A stretch of DNA of 29,567 nucleotides from assembly GCA_002269645.1 (NCBI GenBank), contig NIVC01004135.1, positions 1 through 29,567 on the forward strand, read 5' to 3'. Source of the stretch: Macrostomum lignano. Lineage: Eukaryota. The notes beneath the pieces are model-generated. The model was not told where the DNA came from. It saw only the letters and a list, made by a program, of their open reading frames with translations, and did no database searches. A program made the translations under genes and the position numbers. Shown here piece after piece: positions 27,435 to 29,567 of this stretch. Within the stretch, counting starts at the first letter, position 1. Every line of letters begins with the position of its first letter.

Positions 27435-28705
27435 TGGACACGCTGGCGGAGATCATTGCTGAGAAGATCAGTCGCGCCGATAGGCGCAGGCAGAAGTATG
27501 ACAGCAAAGGTGACGAACGCCTTAAGTTTGCAGCATCTTCGTCCAATCATCACAAAGACAAGCCAGATTGCGTTCCTGGGACCGAAAGAAAAGTTGTTAA
27601 AGTTAAACGGCATAGTAAGCGAACCAGCACTGCCACAGATAGTTCGCTTAGTAGGCAGCAGCAAAACTGCAACAACTGCTATGAAAAGCCACCAAGAAGA
27701 AAAACAAGGCAGTTCTGTCACACTCACGTTGTGAATATTCAGTCAGCTAATGGTGTTCACAGTCGAAGTGGCGATGGTTGGAATTTTGCGTCCAAATATG
27801 GAAGCCAAGAACTTTTCCGTAAATGTGGGCTTTCAAATAGATCGAATGCAGGAAACTACAGACCATGTGATCAGCTCTTCTTTGATGGCAGTTTTGAGCA
27901 AGCGCAGATTCGTGCAACTGCAACGCCAGTATCTGAGCGCAGCCTGTCTGAGCGATTCAGCGTTGAACGAATTCAAGGCGAGTTAGTCTATCAAAATGTC
28001 GATAATATCGGCACTAGCACTTGTTCAACAGATGAGGAAATTAGCAGCGAACAACGTCCAACCAATGTGTCTCAGCTGAGCACGCAAGCGTTGTATCATC
28101 ACCGGTTCAGCGGTGCTGAAATCTCTTCGTTCTCGCGTTCAAGCGATTCATCGCAACGGTCAATGTCAGAAGCTCAAGCGAACTCGCACTTAGCTCCAAC
28201 TGGTTGCCAGCATTCTAAGGCTGTCACAGAGCGGTTGTCCCGGCGTGAAAACTCGGATTTCGAATCTCAAGCTGCTGCAGCCGCGGCGGCTGCGGCGGCC
28301 TATGCGGAAGATTTATTCAGCGGCGTGGTTAACGGACGCGATGAGTCCAATCTTCTGCTTCCGTTGGATGAGGCACCTCACGAGTTAAGGCTAAATTGGG
28401 TGTTGGCAGACACTGGGGACGAGTTGGGAGGAGGCGACTGTGTTGACATAGAAGCAACGATTCACATCCTTGAGCCGGAGACTGCATTGCCAAGGACCAA
28501 TAGACGTGAACGAGCCCGGTGTTTTGCGCCAGTCAGACTTGCAATTGGAGTTCCGATCTGCCGAACAACTGTCGAAGTGACGTTGCTGCTGATACATTGC
28601 AGCATTCTCAAACGCGCAGCTCAATATCGTCCGATGCGTTGCAGGAAAAATTTCGCTTACCGTCAACATTGCATGGTCAGCAGCAAAATGTCTCAGACTG
28701 GCTAA
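27356..28705 (+). CDS. -1-frame continuation ORF (open 27356-28705), unknown protein; probably the same gene as 26583..27434
   Basis: The frame is open from 27356 and reads FKQATKKWYKKSTKSRSYSSESNIVDTLAEIIAEK... with no early ATG. AATAAA follows at 28746. Confidence 0.55.
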   Translation, partial: GRFKQATKKWYKKSTKSRSYSSESNIVDTLAEIIAEKISRADRRRQKYDSKGDERLKFAASSSNHHKDKPDCVPGTERKVVKVKRHSKRTSTATDSSLSRQQQNCNNCYEKPPRRKTRQFCHTHVVNIQSANGVHSRSGDGWNFASKYGSQELFRKCGLSNRSNAGNYRPCDQLFFDGSFEQAQIRATATPVSERSLSERFSVERIQGELVYQNVDNIGTSTCSTDEEISSEQRPTNVSQLSTQALYHHRFSGAEISSFSRSSDSSQRSMSEAQANSHLAPTGCQHSKAVTERLSRRENSDFESQAAAAAAAAAAYAEDLFSGVVNGRDESNLLLPLDEAPHELRLNWVLADTGDELGGGDCVDIEATIHILEPETALPRTNRRERARCFAPVRLAIGVPICRTTVEVTLLLIHCSILKRAAQYRPMRCRKNFAYRQHCMVSSKMSQTG

Positions 28706-29159
28706 CCACTGGTTGCGAAGTTTCAATCGAGTAGCGAAAAGCGTTAATAAAAAGCGGACTACACTGCATCGACGTAGTCGAGTTCAAATTGTGGAGCCTC
28801 TTGCTGACGCTGTGCACAAAGATTGAGCTTCCCAGTTGTATTTTTGAGAAAATTTTCTGTTCTTGGAGACCATTAAAACATGCGCAACTGTTTAGACAAA
28901 GCTTGGCATTCGTCAGTCTAGAGAAAATGCTGCCCGACTCAGCGAGTGAATCTGCAAGTCTCTTGACTCATTTTGGCGGATTGCTGATCAGGGCAGACAA
29001 TCGAATCCCAGCCGAGCCAGAGAGAAAATCAGCACTAATAGAGCTATCGCATTTCGATTTGCCAGATGCATCAGCTCCCGCATTGTCAAGAGATTAATAG
29101 TAAGCTGCTGCCTACTGGGTTCGACTCTTGAACTGGCAGGTGGACATCTGAATCTATCT

Positions 29160-29567
29160 ATGCTGAATACCACAGCACCCAGAAGCAGCAATCGTCAGGT
29201 CAAGCTCTGTTTGCATCAGCGATGCGGCAACAGACAGAAATTGTTTAATTCGGGCGTCGAGCAGACCTGGCCGCCCTGTTGCTTCTACAGGACCGAGTCC
29301 TGTCGAGGCTCAACAGCCCGTCGAGGCCGAAGCAATGAGCTTCTTGAGAAGCTGCAAGTAGCTTCCAATCTGGCTATACAAAGCCGGCGACAGAGCGATC
29401 GATTCAGCAATGACTTAGATGAACAAGCAATAGAATTCAATAACTGTGACGTCACTCCTCTGACATCTATCGGTGCAACTGATTGTGCAAAGTGTCTAAA
29501 ACCAATCGAAGCATCGCTGACCGAGAAATGTAAACGATTATCCTCAAAGTACTGCAGCTTACAATGC
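29160..29567 (+). CDS. Partial ORF running off the window, ending in a C-x2-C-x19-C-S-x2-C treble-clef (FCS/MYM-like) zinc finger
   Basis: ATG at 29160, frame open from 28950 to the window end: ...DCAKCLKPIEASLTEKCKRLSSKYCSLQC (29481-29567). Confidence 0.5.
   Translation, partial: MLNTTAPRSSNRQVKLCLHQRCGNRQKLFNSGVEQTWPPCCFYRTESCRGSTARRGRSNELLEKLQVASNLAIQSRRQSDRFSNDLDEQAIEFNNCDVTPLTSIGATDCAKCLKPIEASLTEKCKRLSSKYCSLQC

Noticed and set aside
28648-28654. Second in-phase slippery heptamer A_AAU_UUC in ORF2
   Set aside because: The -1 frame ends at TAG 28732 after only about 27 codons, and no stimulator is visible. Probably chance.

Overview
Eukaryotic (invertebrate animal) genomic DNA with GT-AG introns. 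The composition resembles the flatworm Macrostomum, but that is inference only. About 23.6 kb is one + strand gene of at least 9 exons (1104-24737; the 5' end may lie upstream). It encodes a roughly 7,000+ aa coiled-coil rod ending in a C-terminal transmembrane anchor with the Y-x4-H signature of giantin/golgin-84/CASP, so it looks like an extremely long giantin-like tail-anchored golgin. The gene has a single 13,188-nt exon, heptad-multiple coding repeat arrays (105 nt and 84 nt), five Cys/basic modules with QT motifs, a run of phase-0 exons, and a stop+AATAAA just inside intron 5. The last exon carries four 1-nt frame disruptions and a 340-nt tandem duplication (assembly error or a decaying allele). 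Non-coding parts hold a decayed mariner transposase, two copies of a tRNA-headed CORE-type SINE, a 32-nt minisatellite and a second tRNA-related element on the minus strand. Downstream, a Pro-rich ORF is joined to a -1-frame ORF across an in-phase U_UUA_AAC heptamer, and a partial ORF with a CxxC..YCSxxC zinc finger runs off the window end.
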